A DNA stretch of 64,000 nt from assembly GCA_963422735.1 (NCBI GenBank), contig OY730476.1, positions 2,368,001 to 2,432,000 of the forward strand. The letters run 5' to 3'. Below are positions 18,686 to 29,700 of this stretch, in pieces. The notes under the pieces are model-generated. The model searched no databases, was not told the origin of the DNA, and saw only the letters and a program-made list of their open reading frames with translations. Position 1 is the stretch's first letter, and each line of letters starts with the position of its first letter. Source of the stretch: Candidatus Latescibacterota bacterium. Its GTDB lineage: Bacteria > Latescibacterota > UBA2968 > UBA8231. The position numbers and the translations under genes were made by a program.

Positions 18686-20692
18686 TTAGTAGCCAGCGCG
18701 GAGCGTGGCGCGGGCTGCGTGGTCGAGGAGGCCGTGTACCACCTTTTCGGCATCGCGGTGGCGCAGATCCTCAAAGCGCAAGGCCCAGACGTGGTCTCGA
18801 TACGCCATGTTGCGCAGTTCGATGAGGACCTTGACGTCAGCGGGGTTGTTGCGCAAGACCCCTAGCCCCTGCCCGCGGATGCGGGCACCAGCCCCTAATG
18901 CCGGGAGTAGGGAGTGGGCGAATTGGCGCGAGACGCGATCTACGCGCCCACTCCTGCTGCTTTTGTAGTATAAAACCAGCGGTGCTTCTGGGGCCTTAGG
19001 TTCAATATCAGCGTGAAAAGAGAGAAAGATGCGCCGGCCCCGAGGCGCGTTGGCAAAGGCCTGGCGGGCAATGCGCACGCGAGTCGAAAGATTGTTGCCG
19101 CGCGGCCAAGCGCTGAGCTTGTTGGTCTGATTGTAAGCAGCCAAGTTGTACACTTCGTTCTTTTCGTTGACAAAAGTTTGGGTCGGCGGCTCGTTTTGGC
19201 GGATTAGGTGATTGGGGCTGAGGAGGGTCATGGTGGCGTGGGCCCCGTGCAAGCGCACCAAAACATAGACTCTCAGCGCGATGTCGAAGACGTACTCGTC
19301 CTCGACGACATAGAGCCTTTTGCCGTTGCCGTCGCGGGTGGAAACCACCGCCCCCGGGTCCAGACCACCGTGCCCCGGATCGAGGACGATGTGCCAGCCT
19401 TCCAATCGAGAGCTCAAGCGCCCCATGCGCCCGACCTTGCTCTCGAATTCCCGCCACAGGCGTATTGCTTGGCGATAGGTCTGGCGCGGCGAGCTTGGGT
19501 GGCCCTCGTAGTAGGTCTTGCTCGGCTGGCGAGCATTGCGGGGCCGGGAGAAGTAATAAGGGCCGTTGCCGAATGCGATTTTCGGCGCGTCTGCGCGGTG
19601 GATCTGCAGGTCGTCCCAATTAATCTCAGACAGTTCCACCCAGCGCATTGGGCGCACCTTGAGCCGGTCGCCCGGGTGGATGAAGGCGTTTCTCTTCAAT
19701 TTGTTGATGCGGGTGATTTCAGCCACGCTCATCTGGTGCAGCCGGGCGATCTGCGCCAGGTAATCGCCCCGCTGCACCACGTACGTAGCCAGCCGCGGAC
19801 CGCTCGTGGGAGCGGCACTCGGTTCGAGTTTCTGGTCTGGATAGAGCTTGAGTTCTTGGCCTGGATAGATGCGGTTTGACCTGAGGCCGTTGAGCATCTT
19901 GAGGCGATAGACGCTGATGCCGTACGCGCGGGCAATTTCCCACAGCGCGTCCCCGCGCTCCACGATGTGTACCGTGCTCTCCGCGTCTTTGAGGCGGAGC
20001 TTTTGGCCGATGAGAATCCGGTCGCCAACAAGGGCGTTGAGGCGGCGCAACTGGCCGACCGAGACTCGGTAGTGCTTGGCGATCTCTGTCAGTGTTTCGC
20101 CCTCATGCACCACGTGGACGGCTTCCTCTAACCGCGAAGAGCGCAGGCGGAGTTTTTGCCCGGGCCGAATGAGGTCGCTTTTGAGCTGGTTGAGCTGGCG
20201 CAGAAAACTCAAGGCCACGTCAAATCGCAGGGCGATTTTCGAGAGCGTGTCGCCCCGGCGAACCGTGTATTCGCGCGGCTCTTCGTCGTGGTCGTCGGCC
20301 AAGGTGCTCCGAGCGGGCGCGGTCGATTGCAAGCGGAGCTTCTGTCCGACGTGGATGACGTCCCCATCGAGGTGGTTGATCGCCTTGAGCTTATAGACCG
20401 AGACAGCGAACTGCCGAGCGATCTTAGAGAGGGTGTCACCGCGCCGGACGCGATACCAATCGCCGCTTCGCGCTGGAAGCCCAACTTTGAGGCTTTGGCC
20501 AGCGTATATCCTACTGCTGCGGAGCTTGTTCCAGCGCTTGATTTGCCTCTGCGAGACTCGGTAACGCGCAGCAATCCCAGAGAGAGTCTCCCCTCGTTTG
20601 ACCACATGGACGATTGGACTCTTGCGCTCGGCGGCGTCAATTGCAAAAGCACACAAGAGCAGCGCCACCAGGATATAGACCGGGCGCGACAT
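18686..20692 (-). CDS. N-acetylmuramoyl-L-alanine amidase (Amidase_3) with six LysM domains
   Basis: Signal peptide; six V.xGD/ETL..IA LysM repeats; IVLDPGHGG, SFHAD, VLIEL. Confidence 0.88.
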   Translation of the reverse strand: MSRPVYILVALLLCAFAIDAAERKSPIVHVVKRGETLSGIAARYRVSQRQIKRWNKLRSSRIYAGQSLKVGLPARSGDWYRVRRGDTLSKIARQFAVSVYKLKAINHLDGDVIHVGQKLRLQSTAPARSTLADDHDEEPREYTVRRGDTLSKIALRFDVALSFLRQLNQLKSDLIRPGQKLRLRSSRLEEAVHVVHEGETLTEIAKHYRVSVGQLRRLNALVGDRILIGQKLRLKDAESTVHIVERGDALWEIARAYGISVYRLKMLNGLRSNRIYPGQELKLYPDQKLEPSAAPTSGPRLATYVVQRGDYLAQIARLHQMSVAEITRINKLKRNAFIHPGDRLKVRPMRWVELSEINWDDLQIHRADAPKIAFGNGPYYFSRPRNARQPSKTYYEGHPSSPRQTYRQAIRLWREFESKVGRMGRLSSRLEGWHIVLDPGHGGLDPGAVVSTRDGNGKRLYVVEDEYVFDIALRVYVLVRLHGAHATMTLLSPNHLIRQNEPPTQTFVNEKNEVYNLAAYNQTNKLSAWPRGNNLSTRVRIARQAFANAPRGRRIFLSFHADIEPKAPEAPLVLYYKSSRSGRVDRVSRQFAHSLLPALGAGARIRGQGLGVLRNNPADVKVLIELRNMAYRDHVWALRFEDLRHRDAEKVVHGLLDHAARATLRAGY

Positions 20693-20808
20693 AGAATAAT
20701 ATTTGGAATTGGACAACAGGAGAAGGGGTGTTGTAAGTATAAGGCTATTAAGGGCATAGCGCAAAGACTACTTGCTGGCGACAGAGGGGCAACCTATACT
20801 TCGCCCCC

Positions 20809-22191
20809 ATGCACGAAGCGAGGCTGCCCTCGGTAGATCAGATGCTCAAGCAGGTCGCCGACCTCTTGCGAGAGTACGACCGCGCCTATGTCGTCGAGCA
20901 GGTGCGCCGCTGCATTGCGGACGTGCGTCGCCAAATGCGGGCGGGCACTGTGGACGAGGAGCGGGAGGCCCTAGACTTGCGGGTCGAGCGGGCCGTGCGC
21001 TGCTGCATCAAGCGGGAGGCCGTGCCCCGGCTGCACCGCGTCGTCAACGCTACCGGCGTGGTGCTACACACCGGCTTGGGCCGTGCGCCTTTACCCCAAG
21101 CGGCCCAAGCGGCCATCGCGCGGGTGGCGACCGGCTATTGCAACCTCGAATTCGAGTTGGAGTCAGGCAAACGCGGCGAGCGCGTCGCACATATAGAGGC
21201 CCTTATATGCTCGATGACCGCCGCGGAAGCAGCCGCCGTGGTCAACAACAACGCCGCGGCCGTGCTCTTGCTGCTCGACACCTTGGCGCGGGGGCGGGAA
21301 GTGGTGGTCTCGCGGGGGCAACAGGTCGAAATCGGCGGCTCATTCCGCCTGCCCGACATCATCGCGGCCAGCGGGGCCAAGCTGCGCGAGGTCGGCACGA
21401 CGAACCGCACTCACTTGCGCGACTACGAGCGCGCCGTCGGCCCGGCGACTGGTGCCATTTTAGTGGTACATCCAAGCAATTACAGGGTACAGGGTTTTAC
21501 AGCCGAGGTGGGCTTAAAGGACCTGGCCGCCCTGAGCCAGCGCGCAGAGGTGCCGTTGGTTCACGACTTAGGAAGCGGTGCCTTGGTTGATCTGAAACAG
21601 TGGGGGCTGCCGCCCGAGCCGATAGTCGCCTCTAGTCTCAAGGCCGGGGCGGCGGTGGTTAGCTTTAGCGGCGACAAGATGCTCGGCGGGCCGCAAGCCG
21701 GCCTCATCGCTGGCCAGCGTCCCTATGTGGAGCAAGTGCGCCAAAATCCGCTGATGCGCGCCCTGCGCTGCGACAAACTGATCTACGCCGCGCTCGAAGC
21801 GGTGTTGTCGCTTTATCGCCTGCCGCCAGACAAGCTAACGCAGGCCCTGCCGGCACTGGCGATGCTGCAGGCGACCGTTGAGACGCTGGAGGCGCGCGCC
21901 CAGAAGCTGTTGTCCCTTTTGCCCGAGGCGGTCTGCCGCGCCCTCTGTCTTGAAGTGATCGAATCGCTGGCCCAAGCCGGCAGCGGGTCCCTGCCCCTAG
22001 CCGAAATCCCCAGCCGGGCCGTTGCCCTCCAGCCTAGCGCGGCCCGGGTCGAGCAGTTAGGGCACCAACTCAGGAGGCAGGGCATAGTCGGTCGCATTGC
22101 TCGCGAGCGGCTCCTGCTCGACATGCGCACCGTGCACGACGACGAGATAGAATGGATCGCCCAAGCATTGACCCAGGTCGCGGCACAATAA
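20809..22191 (+). CDS. selA: L-seryl-tRNA(Sec) selenium transferase
   Basis: VNATGVVLHTGLGRA, VNNNAAA, EIGGSFRLP, EVGTTNRT, FSGDKMLGGPQAG. Confidence 0.95.
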   Translation: MHEARLPSVDQMLKQVADLLREYDRAYVVEQVRRCIADVRRQMRAGTVDEEREALDLRVERAVRCCIKREAVPRLHRVVNATGVVLHTGLGRAPLPQAAQAAIARVATGYCNLEFELESGKRGERVAHIEALICSMTAAEAAAVVNNNAAAVLLLLDTLARGREVVVSRGQQVEIGGSFRLPDIIAASGAKLREVGTTNRTHLRDYERAVGPATGAILVVHPSNYRVQGFTAEVGLKDLAALSQRAEVPLVHDLGSGALVDLKQWGLPPEPIVASSLKAGAAVVSFSGDKMLGGPQAGLIAGQRPYVEQVRQNPLMRALRCDKLIYAALEAVLSLYRLPPDKLTQALPALAMLQATVETLEARAQKLLSLLPEAVCRALCLEVIESLAQAGSGSLPLAEIPSRAVALQPSAARVEQLGHQLRRQGIVGRIARERLLLDMRTVHDDEIEWIAQALTQVAAQ

Positions 22192-22607
22192 GAGCTGCGC
22201 TGTTGCTAGCCGCTTGGCTGCTCAGCGGCTGCGGTGGCAAAGGACCCACTGCACCGCCTACACCGGCACCTGTGCCTCCCGAACCCGCCGGCCGGGCCGG
22301 GACCGTTTCGGTCGCCAACTACACAGCCTACGATCTCGAGATGGCGTACCTCAACGAAACCGATGCGGACGCGCCGCGGATTGTGCGCACCCGCGTGCCG
22401 GCTGGCCAGCGCGCGGAGGTTTCGGGCGGGGTACTGCCAGCCGGTCTAGAAGTGGAATTCGACTTGGTACTCGTGCCGCGCACGGCGGACGGGATTCGGG
22501 TGCGGCGCAAAATCGAGGTCGCAATTGACGGCGATTGGGTCTTAAGTGTGCGCTTGACGGACGAATCCGACCCCTTCAGCCTAGAGATCGCCAGCGCGTC
22601 CTCATAG
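22152..22607 (+). CDS. Hypothetical lipoprotein
   Basis: Lipobox LLSGC, Pro-rich linker, beta-rich domain; exact start uncertain. Confidence 0.65.
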   Translation: MDRPSIDPGRGTIRAALLLAAWLLSGCGGKGPTAPPTPAPVPPEPAGRAGTVSVANYTAYDLEMAYLNETDADAPRIVRTRVPAGQRAEVSGGVLPAGLEVEFDLVLVPRTADGIRVRRKIEVAIDGDWVLSVRLTDESDPFSLEIASASS

Positions 22608-22799
22608 GCTCAAAGAGAGGGCAACATTTTCGCTTGCTTTATCGCGAGGTGGGTTTTACGTTTAAGAACCCCGCAAAAATTTTAGCACCTTCCCCTTGCT
22701 TGTTTTTTCGTTTTTTCCATAGAGTAGTTTCTATTTTTGCTAATGTTTAGCTAGTTGTGCCAGCCGTTCGCTTTGGCACAGCTAAGAGGTCAAAAACCT

Positions 22800-23801
22800 A
22801 TGGTGTTGGACATCCGCGGCTTGCGCGAAGAAGCTGTGACGGTCGCCGAAACATCGCTAGACCAATTGCTCCAAGGCGAACAGGCCCAATTGCATCGGCT
22901 AGTGCCCAGCGCGGACGATTTGGAGCAACTCTTGACCATCGCCGAGGACTCGGACGACAGCCGACGACTAGCGGCCATCGACCTCTTAAGCCATCACCGC
23001 TCTTGGCTGGCTTCGCTCCGCATGCTGCACCGGATCGTGCGGTTGGCGCGCAAGGAGCACGACCCCCGCCCAGCCGCGGCCTTGGTGCAAGCGTTGCGCC
23101 AGTGCGACGAGGTCGCCCAATTCCTAACGAGCAAAGAGCGTGCGGTCTCCCGCGAGGCTGCGCTGGGCGTGCCGATCAGCCGCCAGACCCTCACGCCGAT
23201 CACCTCGGCGCTAGCGGCGGGCCTCCCAGCCGACATCGCGGCCGTACTCCTCGACAAAATTCGCCGCACCCATCCCTCTATGGTGCCCTATGCAGTCGAT
23301 TGCCTCCTCAAGTGCGACCCCAACGAGAGCCTTTTGCGCGCGTTCTTGGCACACTCGCCGCAGTTACCGCTCTTCGCGCTTTTCGTCGAGGCCGGGCTGC
23401 CACAAACCATGGTTTCGACCGCACAAGTCCGCATCTGGCAGCAGGCGGCGCGAATAGCCACTGAGGTCCTCCAAGAGGCTCCATCGGCCAAGCTGCTACG
23501 CCACCTGCTGAGCAAGATAAGCGAGGATGCAGCCTTCGCCCGGAACCACGCCCGCTTCCTGCACGGGATCGCCCAGCGAGCCGACACATCGTTGGACGCC
23601 GATTTAATCGGCCACTTCGAGCGACTCACCTCCGGTGCCTCCGAGGACGAGGTCGCCCGTCTGGCCCAGCTATTAGTCGGGTTGAGTAGGAGACTCGACG
23701 GCCAAGCAGGGAAGCAGGCGGCAGCCCTGCTAGAAAATTGGAAATCCCGCTCGGCCTCGCTAAAGCTCAAGATCTGCCATCTAGAACAAGGCATCCGCTG
23801 A
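22800..23801 (+). CDS. Hypothetical alpha-helical (HEAT-like) protein
   Basis: Long Leu/Ala-rich ORF; RBS GAGG before ATG at 22800. Confidence 0.65.
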   Translation: MVLDIRGLREEAVTVAETSLDQLLQGEQAQLHRLVPSADDLEQLLTIAEDSDDSRRLAAIDLLSHHRSWLASLRMLHRIVRLARKEHDPRPAAALVQALRQCDEVAQFLTSKERAVSREAALGVPISRQTLTPITSALAAGLPADIAAVLLDKIRRTHPSMVPYAVDCLLKCDPNESLLRAFLAHSPQLPLFALFVEAGLPQTMVSTAQVRIWQQAARIATEVLQEAPSAKLLRHLLSKISEDAAFARNHARFLHGIAQRADTSLDADLIGHFERLTSGASEDEVARLAQLLVGLSRRLDGQAGKQAAALLENWKSRSASLKLKICHLEQGIR

Positions 23802-23859
23802 GCATTTGTTCCAATACGAGTCTCCCCAAGGGCCGTTCGTCGACGGGCGAACGGCCTTA

Positions 23860-24933
23860 TTATTTGTGTGCGCGCCACAGCAACACCAAGGCCAAGGCGG
23901 CAAACAGCAGGTTGGCTATCCATGCGCCCAGCCAAGGCGCGAGTACCTGATTCCAACCGAGGGCTTGGCCGGCCTTGACGCAACTGTAATAAGCAAAGCA
24001 TAACAGAACCCCCAAGCCGAAGCTATTGGCCAAGCCAGCGCGGCGGGCGTTGGCACCGAGAGTCGCGCCGAGGGCGATGATGATGAAGCTGGTCAGGGGA
24101 AAGGATATTTTCAGGTGCAAATCGACTCGGTGGCGCGTAGCGTCCTCCCCGTTGAGCGTGGCGCGAGCGATGTAGTCGGCCAGCTCAGCGTAGTTCATTT
24201 CCTCGGGGTCCTTCTGCTGGCGGGCAAAGTCGCTGGGGAGCAACGACAAGCTCGGCAGGGATAAGGTATCGAAGGAAGAAGTCGCCACGGCTTCGCCCGC
24301 GGCAAAGCGAAAGCGGCGGCCTTCGCTGAGTACCCAAGTGCCCTCCCGCCATTCCATGCGCCGGGCCACCGCGCGCTCCAATGGGACATAGCCGTGCAGC
24401 CGCTCCCAAGACACTTCATCGGCGCGTTGCCGCCCCGCGTCGTAGCTGCGGGCGTACACGAACTGGTTGCCCGCGTCTTGGAGCAGGACTTGGCGGCGGG
24501 AGCCGTCGCTGCGGTGATAGGACTTAATCTCGTCGCTAATTTGATTGTACCGATAGGTGGCGGCCGGGACTACCCAGTCAGTAAAGAAAAAAGCCGCGAC
24601 CGCAACGGCTAGAGCACACGCCAAGACCGGGACTAGCAGGCGATATAGGCCAACGCCGGTGGCCTTCATGGCGGTGATCTCGTTTTGGCGCGCCAAGCTG
24701 GTCAGGGCAAAGAGCGCGCCGAGGAGCGCGGCGATGGGCAAGGTCAGGATGAGCCAGTACGGCACCCGATAGACGTAGTAGAGCAATATCTGCTTGGGGC
24801 GAGCCTCAAAGTCGATAAAAGTGTCGATGTTTTCGGTGAGGTCGATGATCACCGCAATGAGCAACAGGCTGACCACGGCGATCCCCAGACATAGCAGGAA
24901 GCGACGCGTCAGATAGAGATCGAGGGTGTGCAT
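23860..24933 (-). CDS. lptG: LPS export permease LptG
   Basis: LDLYL, NEITAMKATG, KISFP; multiple TM segments; paired with lptF. Confidence 0.85.
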   Translation of the reverse strand: MHTLDLYLTRRFLLCLGIAVVSLLLIAVIIDLTENIDTFIDFEARPKQILLYYVYRVPYWLILTLPIAALLGALFALTSLARQNEITAMKATGVGLYRLLVPVLACALAVAVAAFFFTDWVVPAATYRYNQISDEIKSYHRSDGSRRQVLLQDAGNQFVYARSYDAGRQRADEVSWERLHGYVPLERAVARRMEWREGTWVLSEGRRFRFAAGEAVATSSFDTLSLPSLSLLPSDFARQQKDPEEMNYAELADYIARATLNGEDATRHRVDLHLKISFPLTSFIIIALGATLGANARRAGLANSFGLGVLLCFAYYSCVKAGQALGWNQVLAPWLGAWIANLLFAALALVLLWRAHK

Positions 24934-24934
24934 C

Positions 24935-26233
24935 TCAGGTCTTTTTCGTCCCTCGGCGTCCAGCGCGGTCGTACGCGACTACCCGCAACAGCCCCCATCC
25001 GGCGAGGGCGAAAACCAGATTGGGGGCCCACATCGCTAAAGGCGGCGGGATATAGCCGCGGTCGGCCAATTCCTCGCCGCCGATGAGGAACATCCAGTAT
25101 ATCCAAAAGAAGAACAGGCTGACGCCGACGGAGACGGCTGCACCGCGCCGGCGAATTAGCCCGCCCAATGGGGCACCGACCAACGCGAAGACCAAGCAGG
25201 CGGCCGGGATGGATAGCTTCTTGTGAATCTCGACCAAGTATTCGTTGATCCGCCCCGTGCGGCGGTCTATGTGCCGCCACTGTCGGCGCAGGGCCTCGGC
25301 CGCCTGTTGCCCTTCTCGCTCTAGCTCGCCGGCCGTGGAGTCGGCGAACTGGCTTTGGTGAAGTTTGAGGTAGCGCGTGGCAATCGAATCGAGGTGGCCG
25401 TAGGCGCGCTCTTGCTCTCGGCGGTGCTCTAGCACCGAGCGGCGCATGGACGCAATGTTTAGCTCGCGGTCGCTGCGGTAGGACGAGGGGCGGTGCTCGT
25501 AGCGGCGGCGCTCGTCCTTGATGTGCAGCACTTGACGGGCAAAAGTGCCGTAGAAAAAGCGCTCCTCTAGGCCGGATTCGACGCGCTGGACATGGCTTTC
25601 CTCCAACTCCAAGCGGATGTAAGCCCCATCTCCCAGTAGCGCGAGGCGGCCCCTGGGGGCGTGGAGAATCACCGGCGGCCCGGGGCGCGAGGCGTCGTAG
25701 AGCGCGATGCCAGCCAACTCGTTAGTCGCCGGGTCAATCTGGCGGATGAGCAGGTGATAATCGCCCAAGTTGGGTATGAAGACCCCTTCCTTTTTCCGCA
25801 GCACTAAGGCCGCCTTCGTCCGTTGCAAGCTCGACGACAGGACGCGAGCTTGGTGGTTCCAGTCCGGGAGGATCTGGTCGTTAAAAAGGACCATCAGCAG
25901 GGTGAGCAGAAAAGCGGCTATAAGCACCGGCCGCAGGAGTAGCCAAAAGCTCACTCCGCAGGCTTTGGCCGCGATAATTTCCCCGTCGGCGGCGAGGCGG
26001 GCAAAGGCCATGAGCACGGCGATGAGCACGGCCATGGGCACGGCCAGAGCTACAATCCAAGCCAAGTTGAAGAGCAAAAGCTGGAGGGCGGCCAGCAGGG
26101 TCAGCCCCTTGCTCAGCACTTGGTCCATCGTCTGCAATACGACGTCGATTAGCAGGATGAAAAGGATCAGCGCAAAGCCGAGCGCAAAGGGCCAGCCATG
26201 TTCTTTAAGCACGTAGCAGGACAGGGTCGTCAT
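24935..26233 (-). CDS. lptF: LPS export permease LptF
   Basis: AVPMAVL, EIIAAKACG, EIHKKLSIP, AMWAPN. Confidence 0.85.
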   Translation of the reverse strand: MTTLSCYVLKEHGWPFALGFALILFILLIDVVLQTMDQVLSKGLTLLAALQLLLFNLAWIVALAVPMAVLIAVLMAFARLAADGEIIAAKACGVSFWLLLRPVLIAAFLLTLLMVLFNDQILPDWNHQARVLSSSLQRTKAALVLRKKEGVFIPNLGDYHLLIRQIDPATNELAGIALYDASRPGPPVILHAPRGRLALLGDGAYIRLELEESHVQRVESGLEERFFYGTFARQVLHIKDERRRYEHRPSSYRSDRELNIASMRRSVLEHRREQERAYGHLDSIATRYLKLHQSQFADSTAGELEREGQQAAEALRRQWRHIDRRTGRINEYLVEIHKKLSIPAACLVFALVGAPLGGLIRRRGAAVSVGVSLFFFWIYWMFLIGGEELADRGYIPPPLAMWAPNLVFALAGWGLLRVVAYDRAGRRGTKKT

Positions 26234-26404
26234 GGGTAGCAAGGGATACGGGGCTGTGGTGCGTGGCACTCAGGACACCTCGTCGCAAGCGGCGAGCACC
26301 CGGATGGCCACGGGCATAGTTCTCTCAAATATAACGACTTAGGCCATCGGCCAAAAAAACGCTCTCCGCGCCGTGCAATGGGAACGGTTTTTGCAAGGGT
26401 TTCC

Positions 26405-26433
26405 TTGAAATAATCGCAGCCACGTGCTATGTT
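26405..26433 (+). promoter_or_regulatory. Putative sigma70 promoter of the sprA operon
   Basis: TTGAAA-N17-TATGTT with an extended TG; about 270 nt upstream of the sprA start. Confidence 0.5.
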
Positions 26434-26706
26434 TTCAGGTGTTGTCCGCCCCGTCTGGGCAGCGTCCCCCTGTTTTTGGGTTCGGAGACAGCCTATCGCG
26501 TTTAGTTAATACAGAAGCCACTCGGCCTATGGCCGAATCACAAGTGAAGGCTTCTGGATCATTTTCGCTAAACCTCAATTGAAAGACTGCTCATTGAGAC
26601 CGCCGAGCAGCACGCCGAGAGCATTCGGCACTGGCTCGCTGTTTGACGCCCAGAACTCCCTCTCTTTAGGGCTTGGGAGCATGTCAAACGACAAACGTCG
26701 ATAGGT

Positions 26707-29700
26707 GTGAATTTAGAGGTGTTTCTCCGCTTTTCCGTCCAAGCGTTTTCCTCGTGGCTGTGTATTTGCTCGCTCGCGGCGGTGGCACACGCCGAGCCTG
26801 GCCTGCACTTTGAGCCACTATACGGCCCGCTTTCCCAACGCTTTGCGGTCCCTCGCCAAGCCGCCTTTGGGGCTGACCAACCGCTCTTGCCCGCCCCCAG
26901 CCGCGCGCTGATCTCGTACCAAGCCACAGTGGACTCCGTGGGAATGGCCCACTACAGTCGCCGCGTCAGTGGGTTCACCGAGAGACCGACGGTCGCCGTG
27001 GCTTTAGACGACTATCTCCGCATGGAATATCAAGCCAAGCACCGACAGCTTTGGCACCAGCAAATCCGCCGCGACTTTCGCAGCACGGCCTCAGAGCAGC
27101 GCCGGCGCAAGGGCAGCCGCTTCGAGTGGACTGTGCCTTTTTCCGCGCCCAAGCCCCTGCAGCGCTTTATCGGCGACGAAGGTCCCAGCCTCGTGCTCAA
27201 CGGCTCGCGCACCATCATCATTTCTGGCAAGAGCGAGTGGACCGACGGCGAGGTGCAGACCTCGTTTGGACGGAGCTCGAAGTTCCCCGCGCTGGGCATC
27301 GAACAGGAGTCCGATTTCACGGTGGAAGGCAAAGTCGGCGAATTGATCAGCGTACGCATCGACCAAGACACCCAAGACTTCGGCTCGGCCCTTGGCTCCA
27401 ATTTGGGCGATCAGCTATCCAACCAGATCAAGCTCGACTACGACGGCGAAGAAGACTCCATATTCCAAGAGGTGCAGGCCGGCAACACCACCCTAGAGCT
27501 ACCCAATACGCGCTTCGTCGGCTTCCGGCAGAAGAACAAGGGTCTCTTCGGCATCCGCGCTAAGGGACACATCGGTCCGCTGGCCTTTACGACCGTAGCC
27601 AGCCACGAAAAGAGCAAGTCCAACCGCCAGACCTTCAAAGGCGGAGCGGCCATTGACACGCTCCAACTCAAAGACTACCAATACATCCGCAACACGTATT
27701 TCTTCTTGCACGAATTCTACCGCGCCCACCTCCTCGACTTCCGCGGGCTGTTGGACGGAGCGCAGTTTGGCTCGGAAAACTTCGTCGATATCAGCCGTCT
27801 CGAAATCTATATCAATGACTTCAATACGCGGAATGACGCCGAGTTGTTCGCCAAGCCCGGCACGGCTTGGGTCGATCCGTCCGACTCCCTCGCCACTATC
27901 GAGTGTTTTGACGCGGCGGGCAATCGCCTGCGCAATAGCGGCTGTTTCGAGGAGGGGACCTGGCACCGGCTCGACCCGGACGACGACTATGCAGTCGTAG
28001 CCGAGGCGGGTTATATCATCCTCAACAGATCCGTATCCGACCCGTATGCCATGGCCGCGCATTTCAAAACTCGCGCGCCGGACTTCGACGGTACCCTCCA
28101 ACACGAGACGGCTCGGCTCAACGCCAGTGCAGAATCCGACTCCCTGCACCTGAAGCTGATCAAGGCCCGCAACGCCCGTCCGGGTTTTCCCACTTGGAAC
28201 CTAGAGTGGAAAAACGTGTACCGCATTGCCTCCGGGTATTCCACCGGTCGCCGCTTCGATCCCAAGACTTTGCAAGTCGATATCGCCAAGGAAGTGCCCG
28301 GCCAAGAGGACCAACTTTCGCAAGAGGGCCAATCCTACTTGCAGATTTTGGGCTTGGACGAGCGCGGCAAAGACCCCGGCAGCGCACCCGACCGCGTCGT
28401 CGATGCCGACTACATAGGGCTAGACGACATCCGCGGGCACTTGATTTTCCCCGACCAGCGGCCCTTTGATCCACGCTCCAACAAATATCGCGACCTGCTC
28501 GACGAACCCGTCCCCGCCATCTACGACGAGCAGCAGCAGCGCGCCCAGATCGAGGCCAGCCGCTACAAAATCCTCGTTCGCGCTGCCTCCTCGGATCAGC
28601 GCATTCGGCTGGGCGGCATCTTCGGCAATGTCCGGCCCGAGACCGTGGAGGTCCAGCTAAACGGTCGCCCACTGGCGCGAGACACCGAGTACCGAGTCGA
28701 TTTCACGGGCAGCGTGACGTTTGTCGGCGCAGTCGCTCAGGAAGTGGCCGACCCTGGTGCCGACTTGGAAATCTCCTTTGAGTCCGAGGACGTCTTCAAC
28801 ATCGGCAGCCAGCAGAAGACCCTGTTGGGCCTGCGCACCGAGTACGAATTTTGGGGGGGCGACGGGCGAGTGGGTAGCACCATGATCTACAACAACGAGC
28901 GTTCGAGCGACCGGCGGGTGCGGGTGGGCAACGAGCCGAAGCGCACGGTGATATGGAATTTCGATTTGCGCGCTCGGCGCGAGGTGCCAGCCCTTACCCG
29001 CGTCGTCGATATGCTGCCGTTGGTCAAGACGGCAGTTCCCTCAGAAGTGACCTTAGACGCCGAAGTCGCGCAAAGCCGCCCCAATCTCAACACCAAGGGA
29101 CGCGGCTACATCGACGACTTTGAAGACAGCGAGCGGCCCTCCTCACTGGTCGTCAACCGCACGCGCTGGGCACCGGCCAGCGCACCAGCCAGCGTACGCT
29201 TCGGCGCAGAGAACCGCACGCGCTTCATCTGGTACAATCCCTACGACGGGGTACTGCGCACCGACATTTGGCCCAACCAAGAAGAGCAAATCGAAGCCCA
29301 AAACCGGCGCACCGACATCCTGTCGCTAGAGCTGACGCCACTCCTCGAAGCCGCCGAGTCCTGGGGAGGAATCACCCTCGCCTTCTCAGCCGTCAACGAC
29401 TTCTCCGAGTCCAAGTTCCTAGAGATATGGGTCCGGGGACGGGAGGGCACCTTGCACCTGAACTTGGGCGACCAGATCGACGAGGACTACATCGCCAACG
29501 GCCGCCTCGATACCGAAGACATACCTTTCCCTGGGCAAGCCGCGGGCGATGGGTTGGTAGAGCGGAAGGAAGATGTGGGCATCGACGGCCGCAACGACGA
29601 GGCCGAGTTGAACTTCTACTTGCGGCTGCAAGACGCCCAGTTCGACACCACCCGCTCCCTAGCCGAGCGGAAGCAGGCATTCGCCGCGCTCTACCCAGAC

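Noticed and set aside
19008-21590. Numerous long antisense or alternate-frame ORFs (e.g. 19208-19879, 20156-20836, 20772-21590)
   Set aside because: Shadow ORFs expected in GC-rich DNA; Arg/Pro/Ala-rich with no motifs, overlapping well-supported genes.
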